Notes under the pieces: generated by a model
Seen by the model: only the letters and a program-made list of their open reading frames with translations
Told to the model about the DNA's origin: nothing
The model's database searches: none
Position numbers and translations under genes: made by a program
NCBI GenBank assembly: GCA_965213625.1
Contig: CBDBZU010000004.1
Location: forward strand, 3,456,001 to 3,520,000
From: a bacterium
GTDB lineage: Bacteria; UBA8248
Length of the DNA: 64,000 nt
Direction of reading: 5' to 3'
In this document: positions 19,728 to 27,963 of the stretch, piece after piece
Layout: every line of letters begins with the position of its first letter
Numbering within the stretch: position 1 is the first letter of the stretch

Positions 19728-20332
19728 ATCCCGAACCCGTGGTGGCGATCTCTGCGATCGAGCATTTCGCCTACTGCCCACGACAATGCGCCCTTATCCA
19801 CTGCGACGGAGTTTGGTGCGACAACACACACACGGCCCGAGGCACGCGGGCGCACCGTCGGGTTGACGGCGGAAAACATCGCACCGAACGCGGCAAACGC
19901 GTCCTTCGGGGAATCCCGCTTTGGTCCGAGTCGCTTGGCCTGACCGGCCGAGCGGATGTCGTTGAGGCGAAGGGGGAAGACATCCACCCCGTGGAGTACA
20001 AGTCGGGCACGAGACACGGTCTCGCCGCCGACCTGCAGCTCTGCGCACAGGCGCTCTGCTTGGAAGAAATGCTGGATGTGGACGTGCCCTGCGGGAGTGT
20101 GTGGTACGGAGGGCCGAGGCGGCGCGTCGAAGTGTGGTTTACGGCGTCACTCCGGCAGCAGGTGAAGGGCATCGTCGCCGAAATCCGCGACCAGCTATTG
20201 ACCGGCCGATTACCGGCCGCCGTCAACGATGGGCGCTGCAAGGAGTGCCAACTATTCCATCACTGCCTCCCAGGACCGACGAGCATGTCTCACAGAATCG
20301 AACGGTACATGTCCGAAGCGGTGTTTGTATGA
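19724..20332 (+). CDS. cas4: CRISPR-associated exonuclease Cas4
   Basis: ISAIEHFAYCPRQ, G.AD.VE, PVEYKSG, QLCAQALCLEEM, C..C.....C Fe-S cysteines. Confidence 0.95.
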   Translation: MNPEPVVAISAIEHFAYCPRQCALIHCDGVWCDNTHTARGTRAHRRVDGGKHRTERGKRVLRGIPLWSESLGLTGRADVVEAKGEDIHPVEYKSGTRHGLAADLQLCAQALCLEEMLDVDVPCGSVWYGGPRRRVEVWFTASLRQQVKGIVAEIRDQLLTGRLPAAVNDGRCKECQLFHHCLPGPTSMSHRIERYMSEAVFV

Positions 20333-21345
20333 GATACCTGAGCACGCTATACGTGCGCAGTCACAGGGCGAGGGTTGGGCACCGGCGGGGCTCGCTCACC
20401 GTGTCTCGGCCCGAAGGCAGACAACGTGTCCCGCTGGAGGGTATCGATGCTGTTGTGGTGCTCGGCGGCGCGCAGATGACCATGCAAGCGATCGATGCCT
20501 GCGTGGGGCGGGGCGTCCGCGTGGCGGTGTTGCGGCGTAATGGCGCGGTTCGCTTCGTCGTCAATGGGGCAACCGGAGGTAACGTGCATCTACGCATGGC
20601 CCTCTTTCAGGTCATTGCAGACGACTCCCGTGCGCTTGCCATAGCCAAGGCCATAGTGGGCGCCAAGCTGCAAAACAGTGCGAGGGTTGTGGGCAGGTGG
20701 TCGCGGGATGAAAAGGACAGTGCACGGAGCAGTGCCCTCGCGGACCGCGCTGAGCAGATCCGATCGCGGATTCCTCGCCTGAAGGACGTACAAACTGCGG
20801 ACCATGTGCGCGGGATTGAAGGGGACGCGGCAAGGATTTACTTCGGGGCAATGGGACGTGCAGTCGACTCGGTCGAACTGGGATTTTCCACAAGGACTCG
20901 ACGACCGCCGCGCGACCCAATCAACGCGATGCTTGGCTTCTGCTACAGCATGCTTGTCACGGAGTGCATCGGTGCCCTTGAAAGCGTGGGGCTCGACTAT
21001 CAGATGGGATTCTTCCACCGCCCTCGTTCCGGTCGTCCCTCGCTCGCCCTTGACCTCGTAGAGGAACTGCGCGCGTTGACAGACCGTTTCGTGGTGTCGA
21101 TGGTGCGCCGGCGACAGGTGAGTCAAGACAGCTTCCAGACCGTGCCCGGTGGGGCGGTGTATCTGACCGAAGACGGCAGGGAGTCGTTGATCAACGCATG
21201 GGAGGCCCACAAGGAGACCGAGGTGCCCCACCGAATCCTAGGGCAGAAGATCGGTCGTTGGGCGCTGCCGTCGGTCCAGGCAACGCTTCTCGCGCGCCAC
21301 TTGCGTGGAGACTTGCCAGCGTACCCGCCGTTCGTTCTGGCCTGA
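20329..21345 (+). CDS. cas1: CRISPR-associated endonuclease Cas1
   Basis: RGIEGDAARIYF, RRPPRDPINAMLGF.Y, GFFH, SLALDLVEE.R. Confidence 0.96.
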   Translation: MRYLSTLYVRSHRARVGHRRGSLTVSRPEGRQRVPLEGIDAVVVLGGAQMTMQAIDACVGRGVRVAVLRRNGAVRFVVNGATGGNVHLRMALFQVIADDSRALAIAKAIVGAKLQNSARVVGRWSRDEKDSARSSALADRAEQIRSRIPRLKDVQTADHVRGIEGDAARIYFGAMGRAVDSVELGFSTRTRRPPRDPINAMLGFCYSMLVTECIGALESVGLDYQMGFFHRPRSGRPSLALDLVEELRALTDRFVVSMVRRRQVSQDSFQTVPGGAVYLTEDGRESLINAWEAHKETEVPHRILGQKIGRWALPSVQATLLARHLRGDLPAYPPFVLA

Positions 21346-21349
21346 TCAC

Positions 21350-21640
21350 ATGGACGTCCTCGTCACCTACGACATTGCGGACACCGAGACGACCGGCGCT
21401 TCTCGACTTCGGCGCATCGCGGACGTTTGTGAAAAGTACGGACAACGAGTGCAGTACTCAGTCTTCGAGTGCAGGCTCTCGAAGACACGGTTGACCCGAA
21501 TGATCGGTGAAGTCCGCGATATTATTGAGCACGATGTCGACTCGGTAATCATCTACTGGTTCCCCAGAGGAGTCGAGAATGCCACGCTGCGGCTGGGGCG
21601 AGATGGAACTCACATACTCGGCAAGCCCTGGCTGCTGTGA
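21350..21640 (+). CDS. cas2: CRISPR-associated endonuclease Cas2
   Basis: VLVTYDI, RLRRIA..C..YGQRVQYSVFEC, DSV.IY. Confidence 0.95.
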   Translation: MDVLVTYDIADTETTGASRLRRIADVCEKYGQRVQYSVFECRLSKTRLTRMIGEVRDIIEHDVDSVIIYWFPRGVENATLRLGRDGTHILGKPWLL

Positions 21641-21821
21641 CGTCGTGCGAACCTTCGGTGATATTCTCGTCAGCGAGCCAGAAGCTGCTTGAAACGGCCA
21701 ATCAATGAGCTTTTGTGTCGTGTCTTGACCAACAGTGGTGCGCTTTGCATACCTTGGGACAGAAAAAACAACGATTCCGGTTGGCAAACGGTCGCTGCAG
21801 GCGCGATTCCGAACATTAGGG
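21641..21821 (+). promoter_or_regulatory. CRISPR leader
   Basis: Lower-GC non-coding stretch between cas2 and the first repeat. Confidence 0.65.
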
Positions 21822-22258
21822 GTTGTAGCCGGGGTCATACTCCGGCCTTCGTTGAGCGAGCCGAGGCGTCGCTAGTAGCCATTTGAAACGTGAAGTTGTA
21901 GCCGGGGTCATACTCCGGCCTTCGTTGAGCGTGGACTCAAGGGCTTGCGTGGCGACCAAGGTTTGGCCGTTGTAGCCGGGGTCATACTCCGGCCTTCGTT
22001 GAGCGGTGCCCAAGGAACCGACGCCAGCCATGGAACTCGGGTTGTAGCCGGGGTCATACTCCGGCCTTCGTTGAGCGGTATCCTTCGGAAACGGCGACAA
22101 TTTTTCCGTTTCTTGTTGTAGCCGGGGTCATACTCCGGCCTTCGTTGAGCGTTCTGGACGACCGCTAACTCTTGACACTATTGCAGGGTTGTAGCCGGGG
22201 TCATACTCCGGCCTTCGTTGAGCGCCATGTGTGTTACCTCTCGGTTGTCGGGCGGATC
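21822..22258 (+). CRISPR. CRISPR array: 6 identical 37-bp repeats, 5 full spacers plus a terminal 34-bp spacer-like segment
   Basis: Repeat GTTGTAGCCGGGGTCATACTCCGGCCTTCGTTGAGCG at 21822, 21895, 21969, 22041, 22115, 22188; spacers 36, 37, 35, 37, 36 bp; internal hairpin GCCGGGG/CTCCGGC. Confidence 0.98.
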
Positions 22259-22536
22259 TGTCACTACTGAAGTAATACTCCCCATTTCTGCCGAAGGAAA
22301 AATCCCCAGTTGCTGATGATGGTGATCGGGTTGTCAAGGCAACCGGATCGCATGAGCATGGAGCTTTTTCAGCAACGAGGACGGCGCTTTGGTAGTCAGT
22401 GGAGAGGTATTGATGATTCATCAGTTGCGTAAGGAAGGTCTGTCGATCTCAACGATTGCCCGGCGCGTGCGCCTGGATCGAAAGACGGTCCGCAAGTATC
22501 TCAAGGCGGGATAGACGGTGCCGTCGTATGGTCCGC
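22259..22536 (+). mobile_element. istA: IS21-family left end (IRL) plus istA 5' remnant
   Basis: Starts TGTCACTACTGAAGTAA...GCCGAAGGAAAAATCCCCAGTT; 22389-22514 encodes the IstA HTH MIHQLRKEGLSISTIARRVRLDRKTVRKYL, then a stop. Confidence 0.85.
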
Positions 22537-22763
22537 AAGCCGCAGTTCGTAGAGTTTCTGAAGGTTGAGCCAGAACTCCCCCGAGGCGCCGAAGAAGCGC
22601 CCAAGCGCAATGCCGTATCGCCGGTGATCGAGCGCCTGCCGTTCAGTATCTCGGTAATGCGGTTCACCGGCACCTCGATGCGCAGCGCGAGCTCTGTCGC
22701 GCTCATGCCGAGCGCAACGAGATCCTCGCGCAGTGCCTCGCCGGGATGGATGGGGTCGCGCAT
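22501..22763 (-). pseudogene. higA: HigA antitoxin, frameshifted
   Basis: PIHPGE.LREDL...GRRSITGDTALRLG, then RFFG.SGEFWLNLQKLYEL in another frame. Confidence 0.85.
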
Positions 22764-22779
22764 GATTCATCTCCTCGAA

Positions 22780-23061
22780 TTAATGGTAGTCCACGATTTC
22801 CACTTGGGTCGGGCCAGGACTTCCTTCCGGCCACTTTATGCAAATCCGCCATTGATCGTTAATGCGGATGCTCCACTACCCCTTGCGGCGGCCCTTGAGT
22901 GCCTCCAGGTGGTTGTCGGGCCTCAACAGATCGCCCAGGCTTGTGGCCGCGTTAAACTGATCGAGCTTGCGCGATGCGGTCCGGGCGAACTTGGAAAACG
23001 CCGCGATCCGGCGACCCTCGTAGAACGCTTCGGTTTTCCTGCCTGAGAAGCCGACGCTCAC
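22780..23061 (-). pseudogene. higB: HigB (RelE/ParE) toxin with internal stop
   Basis: LEALKG.RKG*WSIRINDQWRIC..W......VEIVDYH. Confidence 0.85.
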
Positions 23062-23459
23062 AACGCTTCCGTTCCCGGAGCAACCGCATCGGCTTCACAC
23101 TGGCGAAGACATCCGCATTACGTCAGGCATAACGCATTTTGCTTCGCCGCCCGGCTTCGGGACGCGAAGAGGGCGAGTCCGGCCGGAAGCGGGGCGGCGG
23201 GCGGCCCTCCGAGGGGCGTTGCCGCCGTTCCCTTTCACCTGACTAAAGGAGCACGGCACGATGCAGGCGGCACTCGCACCGCGCGGCGACGCGCGCACCT
23301 TTCTCCCCATTTCTACGGCAGCGGTCTTGTTGACAACCGCTATGTCATCCAGAGGTATCTGTCCCAGGCCAACGGCGACAGAGTTACTGTAGGGGCCGAC
23401 GGAACTCGGCCGCAGGGCCGGCGGAATTTGAACGGCTACCATATAATTCCCCTTACGAT

Positions 23460-24176
23460 TTGTCCGAGAGTGATGCGAAATTCATCTTGCAAGCAAACGA
23501 CTTCTTTCAGGGTGAACCTTTGGTGGAATTTTTATCGGCGCTACATGGTACGGGTACGACAGATGCATTAGACTGGATTAAATCAGTAGAGCGACGACCA
23601 CGTTATCGGTCACGGCTACCAGTGGCGAAGCATTTGCGGGATGCACTTTCATCGTTTCGTGCAATTCGAGAAGGTGAGAGAGCTTGGGCAAGAGGATATC
23701 GGTGAGCCAGGGCTGCGCGTCAAGAACTGAATCTGAAGGGAAGCGACCGTTTAGCTTCCGGGGAGGAACTCGCTGACCGTCTTGAGGCGTCAAAATTTGA
23801 ATCGGCGCCGACATTTCTAGGGCTGTGTGCTCTCGTAAATTCGAAAGACAATAATGTCAACATACACCTTTCTAACACCGTTACACAGCAAGGCAAGACT
23901 GCGTGGATTTTCGGCTTCGGACGAGCTCTCGGTGAAGTGGTTGCTAATCCACCTGCGCCAAGAGTTGTCGTCAATGACCTCCGGGACGCGTCGCGGCAGG
24001 CAGCCAACCGAGCCTTTGCTGCGGAGTTTCTTGCTCCAGTCAACGAAATTCTTGCCATGCACGAAGATTCGATGGACATCAGCGCAATTGCGGTAGAGTT
24101 TGGAGTTTCGGATCAGGTCGTAATGCGCCAAATTGAGAACTCTCATAACATTAAGTGGGCGTGCAGTACTGGATGA
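23460..24176 (+). pseudogene. Fragmented ImmA/IrrE (DUF955)-like protein
   Basis: C-terminal QAANRAFAAEFLAP...IA.EFGVS..V...QIEN motif; upstream part is broken across frames. Confidence 0.6.
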
Positions 24177-24428
24177 GATGGAGTGGAAGAATACCCACAC
24201 CTGCATATAGTGCATTGATGTGGCCTTGAATTGGAGCAGGTTTAAAACCGTATTGACATGCCGCAAGGCTTGATCGCTTGAATACCTCTGCAATTTCTTC
24301 CCTGTTTCAGGCCATTTTCACTTTGTAGATCATCGTATGTTAATCCCTTTGCTACAGAAATGCCGCAGGTTTGACTATTACCCTCCTTGAGAGGGACGCT
24401 CGGGCAGGAGATGCAAGAGGGTATTATC

Positions 24429-24815
24429 TCATATTGAAGTATCGTTCAGGAACACAGCCTGGGACTCGCGAGCGTCTTTCATGATCCGGTCGAGGTCGTC
24501 CTTGCGTCCTTCCCGTACCAATTCATCCCGCTTCAGCGTGGAAAGGAGGTAAACCCCGCGATAGATACGCTCGATCTGCGCAGAGATTCCGGATGGTATC
24601 GGGCCGGAATCAGCGCCGGTTTCTTCTCCGGCGAGCGCCAACGCGGCGTTGCGAATGAACTCGGCAGCAGTGACTCCGCTCCGCCTGGCGGCGATTTCGA
24701 CCCGTTCCCATTCGGTATCGGAGAAGCGGATGGTCCTCGACATGCGCGCGTGGCTTTGTTTTTCTTCTGTGCCGGCATCGTCTCCGGTCGGTTTTTGGTC
24801 GATTCCGCTCATCAT
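24429..24815 (-). CDS. Ribbon-helix-helix relaxosome accessory protein (MobC/TrwA-like)
   Basis: RTIRFSDTEWERVEIAARRSGVTAAEFIRNAAL RHH pattern; GAGG RBS; adjacent to a candidate oriT; paralog at 60843. Confidence 0.7.
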   Translation of the reverse strand: MMSGIDQKPTGDDAGTEEKQSHARMSRTIRFSDTEWERVEIAARRSGVTAAEFIRNAALALAGEETGADSGPIPSGISAQIERIYRGVYLLSTLKRDELVREGRKDDLDRIMKDARESQAVFLNDTSI

Positions 24816-24906
24816 TTCTTATCCTCCATGCACATGGTTCGGACCTTAAATCGATAGAGTCCGGACCGTGAAACGGCTGGCTACAGCGTTCCTTGCGGCC
24901 CGGGCG

Positions 24907-25028
24907 GCGAATGCCGATCAGCATACATGGAGGAGGGGCGCTGTTTCCAGCGAATGTCGATTGACATTCGCGAGGTGCGAAGTAAAGGGATTTCAAAGAG
25001 ATATGGGCGAATGCCGATCGACACTCGC
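24907..25028. repeat. Three imperfect palindromes GCGAATGYCGATYRRCA (putative RHH binding sites)
   Basis: Copies at 24907-26, 24950-71 (GCGAATGTC-GATT-GACATTCGC) and 25007-28. Confidence 0.7.
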
Positions 25029-25107
25029 TCTCCCAACAAAGACGGGGCGGTATTTGACGGCGTTTGAGCAAGTGACTGTATGCCTGGTGCGCGCTTGATC
25101 TGCGCCC

Positions 25108-25157
25108 TGCAGCCCGCTGCGTGGGGTGTGTAACCCGAAGCGCCGAAGGGCGGCTAA
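25108..25157 (+). other. Candidate oriT 1 (MOBF nic after 25129)
   Basis: TGCGTGGGGTGT^G at 25118-25130 matches the F-plasmid nic core; conserved at 45576 and, as a variant, at 60385-98. Confidence 0.75.
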
Positions 25158-25518
25158 TTATGCCGTTATCCGGCGAAGCGTCATCGGCGGTAATGGCCGA
25201 TGCATGAACGCTTTGGAGCCAACGCGGCGATTGAGCGAGATGACCGGGCGCGACCACGGGACGCGTACCGTGTCCTCTTCCCGTGAACAGGGGTAACAAA
25301 AGCAGGCGTGAGTCGCAAGGGAGCGGGTGAGTTTTTCACACGCCGCGCACCGCGGGACTCAGGTGAGCGGCATGTGGTTTCACGCGTTACCTTTACGCAA
25401 CGTGGAGAGGTTCACAAGTTACCCGCTCGTCAGGGAGCGGGCGGTCGTGAGTGGAGGAAGGCTTGTTCGGAGGGAAAAGGGCCGCGCCGCCTGTCGACGC
25501 GACCCGTGGAGTGCCACA

Positions 25519-26472
25519 TCAGGCGGTGATTCTCTGGACGGGAATGCCGAGCGCCCGGGCCTTGTCGACGAGGTTGTCGGTGATGCCCGAACCCGGGAAG
25601 GCGATCACGCCCTTGGGCAGGAGTGCGAGGAGTTCGTCGTTGCGCCGGAAAGGAGCGGCCCGTCCATGCGCCTCCCAGTCCGGCTTGCATACCACCTGGT
25701 GAACGCCGTTGCGCTCGGCCCATCCCGCCGCGATTTTCTCAGCGCCGGGGCCGCCGCCGTGGACGAGGACGACGTCGGCGTACTTGGCCTTGACCTTGTC
25801 GAGGTGGCCGATGATTATGCCCGCATCGCTCGCCTCCTTTCCTCCCGCGACGGCGACGAGGGTTCCCTGGGGGAGGTGGGAGGTGTTCGCGCGGTCCTTG
25901 CGCGCCCGCTGGAAGTCGCGCGCCTCGATCACGGCGGAGGTGAGCTTGCCGGTCTGGCTGACGTGCGAGCCTCGCCTCGGCCGCCATACCTCGCCGGTCT
26001 CGATGCGGTAGGCCTCTGCGGCCGTGTCCCTGAGCCCCTCGAACGCATCGCGCCTGTCATTCAGGTTCTGGGCGTGGTCGGTCTTGAGTTCGAGTTCGCG
26101 CGATCTGATCTCGGAGCCGTCCTGCTCGCGCTGGAGTTCGCGGACCCCGGGGATGAGTTTGTCGGCGGCGCGGTCGAGCCGCTGTGTCTGGGCGTCTAAG
26201 GCGTTGACGAACCCCCACAGGAGGCTCGCCCGCTCATCCGCAAGCTGCGTTCCGTCAGGCGCAGCTTCTGCGAGTGCGCCGAAGGCCCTGATGACGGCGG
26301 CGGTTGCCTCGCCCTCGTCCCACACGGGGCGGTTGTCGAACTCGTCCGGCCCCGGGGTCACGCCGAACAGGGCGGCCTGCTCGCAGACCATGGCGGTGAA
26401 AGATTCGTTCCGTGCTTCGTGTTCCGTGTGCTCGTGCATGATGCTCTCCTTGTGGTCGTGTGTAGCGGTCAT
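25519..26472 (-). CDS. DUF2493 / YspA-like SLOG-domain protein, copy 1
   Basis: C-terminal VAVAGG...VLVHGG..GAE.IA..WA...RRN...VIAFPG.GIT.NLV.KA...GIPV; helical N-terminus. Confidence 0.85.
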   Translation of the reverse strand: MTATHDHKESIMHEHTEHEARNESFTAMVCEQAALFGVTPGPDEFDNRPVWDEGEATAAVIRAFGALAEAAPDGTQLADERASLLWGFVNALDAQTQRLDRAADKLIPGVRELQREQDGSEIRSRELELKTDHAQNLNDRRDAFEGLRDTAAEAYRIETGEVWRPRRGSHVSQTGKLTSAVIEARDFQRARKDRANTSHLPQGTLVAVAGGKEASDAGIIIGHLDKVKAKYADVVLVHGGGPGAEKIAAGWAERNGVHQVVCKPDWEAHGRAAPFRRNDELLALLPKGVIAFPGSGITDNLVDKARALGIPVQRITA

Positions 26473-26493
26473 CGTTCACTCCTTTGGTTGTCC

Positions 26494-26865
26494 TCAAGCG
26501 AGGGGATGGTTGAATTCAGGAAGAGCGTAGCCACGCTCGTTGCGCCCCACTTCTTTGGGCATCTCGTCGAGATATTTGTCTGCCCACTCGGCGGCGCGCG
26601 CGAGGACGTCGCCGTGGCACGGAAGAGGATGGCAGTGGCAGCCGAGCTCGCAGCCAAGAAGGTCGGCGAGTTCGTAGAGGTCCAGCTCCTCGCGCCGGAT
26701 TTTTCCCCACAGCCATTGCCGGTATTTTTCGATGACGGCTTCTCTGTCGCCGTCCTGTCCGACGCGGAAGGGATTTCCCCACTTCGTCATGCGGTCGATC
26801 CTCACCATCAAGCCGCTGCCGAGTTCATCGACATAGTCGTTCAGGTTCACCACGGTGGTTTCCAT
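26494..26865 (-). CDS. DUF4326-domain protein, copy 1
   Basis: IDR.TKWGNPF, R..VIEKYR.WL, LGCHC.P.PCHGDVL. Confidence 0.88.
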   Translation of the reverse strand: METTVVNLNDYVDELGSGLMVRIDRMTKWGNPFRVGQDGDREAVIEKYRQWLWGKIRREELDLYELADLLGCELGCHCHPLPCHGDVLARAAEWADKYLDEMPKEVGRNERGYALPEFNHPLA

Positions 26866-26900
26866 GCCTTACTCCTTTCCAGAGAGTTAACGGATGCGCT

Positions 26901-27350
26901 TCTTGCGTCCCATTTTCAGCACGTAAGGGCGCCGGTCGGTGTATCCGGCGCCCGCAGGCGGGCGAATCAAGGGCTCGTCATTTTCCGGGGGGTTCCCGAA
27001 AAACACGCTTCATCGTTTTTTGGGGGGTACCGGCAAATGATGGCCGCTTGCGGCCACCCTTTATTCGCCCGGCGTTCGTGCTAAAATGAGGACGCCAAGA
27101 GAGAGACAGTTGATTCGCCACCGGGACACAAGAGTTTTTGGGTGTTTCACGATGAAGGCGAAGCTCATCGGGAAACAATCTCTCATGCTGCGGAGAGGGT
27201 CATTCCGGGCCGTTATTCGGCCCGGAATTCCCGCAGCGGGGGGTGGATTGAGCCACTGTTCAGGGATGTGGTGATTGCAGGCGCATGCCGATCTTCCGTG
27301 AACATGGTTTATCGTTCACGGAACCGGAAGTTTACCGGGTGTTCCCGGTA
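26901..27350. promoter_or_regulatory. Conserved two-domain structured non-coding element (candidate ssDNA promoter/ssi), copy 1
   Basis: Nested inverted repeats; conserved with compensatory changes at about 47228-47678 and 58271-58723. Confidence 0.7.
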
Positions 27351-27422
27351 GAGGAGAGGGCCGGCAGGACGGGAAAGGCGCGGCGCTTCGGCGGTGGACT
27401 TCCTCCGGACAACGGGCATAAG

Positions 27423-27458
27423 AAAAGGGGTCGACGCGCGTGATGGCGCCGACCCCTT
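27423..27458 (-). terminator. Intrinsic terminator after ssb
   Basis: AAGGGGTCG...CGACCCCTT hairpin followed by a T-run on the minus strand; repeated at 47753-87. Confidence 0.7.
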
Positions 27459-27464
27459 GTGAGC

Positions 27465-27884
27465 CTAGAACTTGATGTCGTCCTCCTCGCCCCCGACCCC
27501 TGCGACGACGGGCGCGCCGTTTTCGTTTCCGTTCACCTTGTCGAGGAACTGGATTTTCCCGCCCGGAGCGATGAGTATCTCGGTGGAGAAGCGCTCCGAA
27601 TCCTCCTCATCCTTCTTCCAGCGGCGGGTCTGGAGCTTGCCCGCGACATATACCAGGCGGCCCTTCTTCGCGTGGCGTTCGAGCATGTCCACCAGGCCGG
27701 GCTGGAAGGTCACGACCCGGTGCCATTCCGTTTTGTCGATACGGTCGCCGGATTGCCTGTCCACGTACCCCTCATCAGTGGCAATCGATATGTTGGCGAC
27801 GCGTCCCCCGCTCGCGAGATGGTTGATGGTGACGTCGGTGCCGAGACGCCCGATCAGTTCCGCACGGTTCAGTCCGAATGCCAT
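27465..27884 (-). CDS. ssb: Single-stranded DNA-binding protein, copy 1
   Basis: LN.AELIGRLG, KTEWHRVV.F, KG.LVYV.GKLQTR.W, acidic tail DDIKF. Confidence 0.95.
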   Translation of the reverse strand: MAFGLNRAELIGRLGTDVTINHLASGGRVANISIATDEGYVDRQSGDRIDKTEWHRVVTFQPGLVDMLERHAKKGRLVYVAGKLQTRRWKKDEEDSERFSTEILIAPGGKIQFLDKVNGNENGAPVVAGVGGEEDDIKF

Positions 27885-27963
27885 TTTGATACTCCTTGTA
27901 GTGTGGGGTGAATGATAAAGTCGAGGAGCCGGGAATCCTCTCTCCCCGGCCCCCCGGTTCGCC

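Noticed and set aside
21859-22258. Self-targeting spacers
   Set aside because: I found no protospacer match in the window by eye; this was not an exhaustive search.
13161-22258. Target-site duplication showing the cas block entered as an IS21 cointegrate circle
   Set aside because: The bases after IRR (TCGATA) and before IRL (CGGATC) are not direct repeats.
12456-22536. CRISPR-associated transposon (IS21 plus type I Cascade)
   Set aside because: No TniQ/TnsD, istA and istB are broken fragments, and Cas3 with its HD domain and the adaptation genes are intact. Passive capture explains it better.
26901-27350. Using G.T wobble bias to decide which strand folds
   Set aside because: The few informative positions point in both directions.
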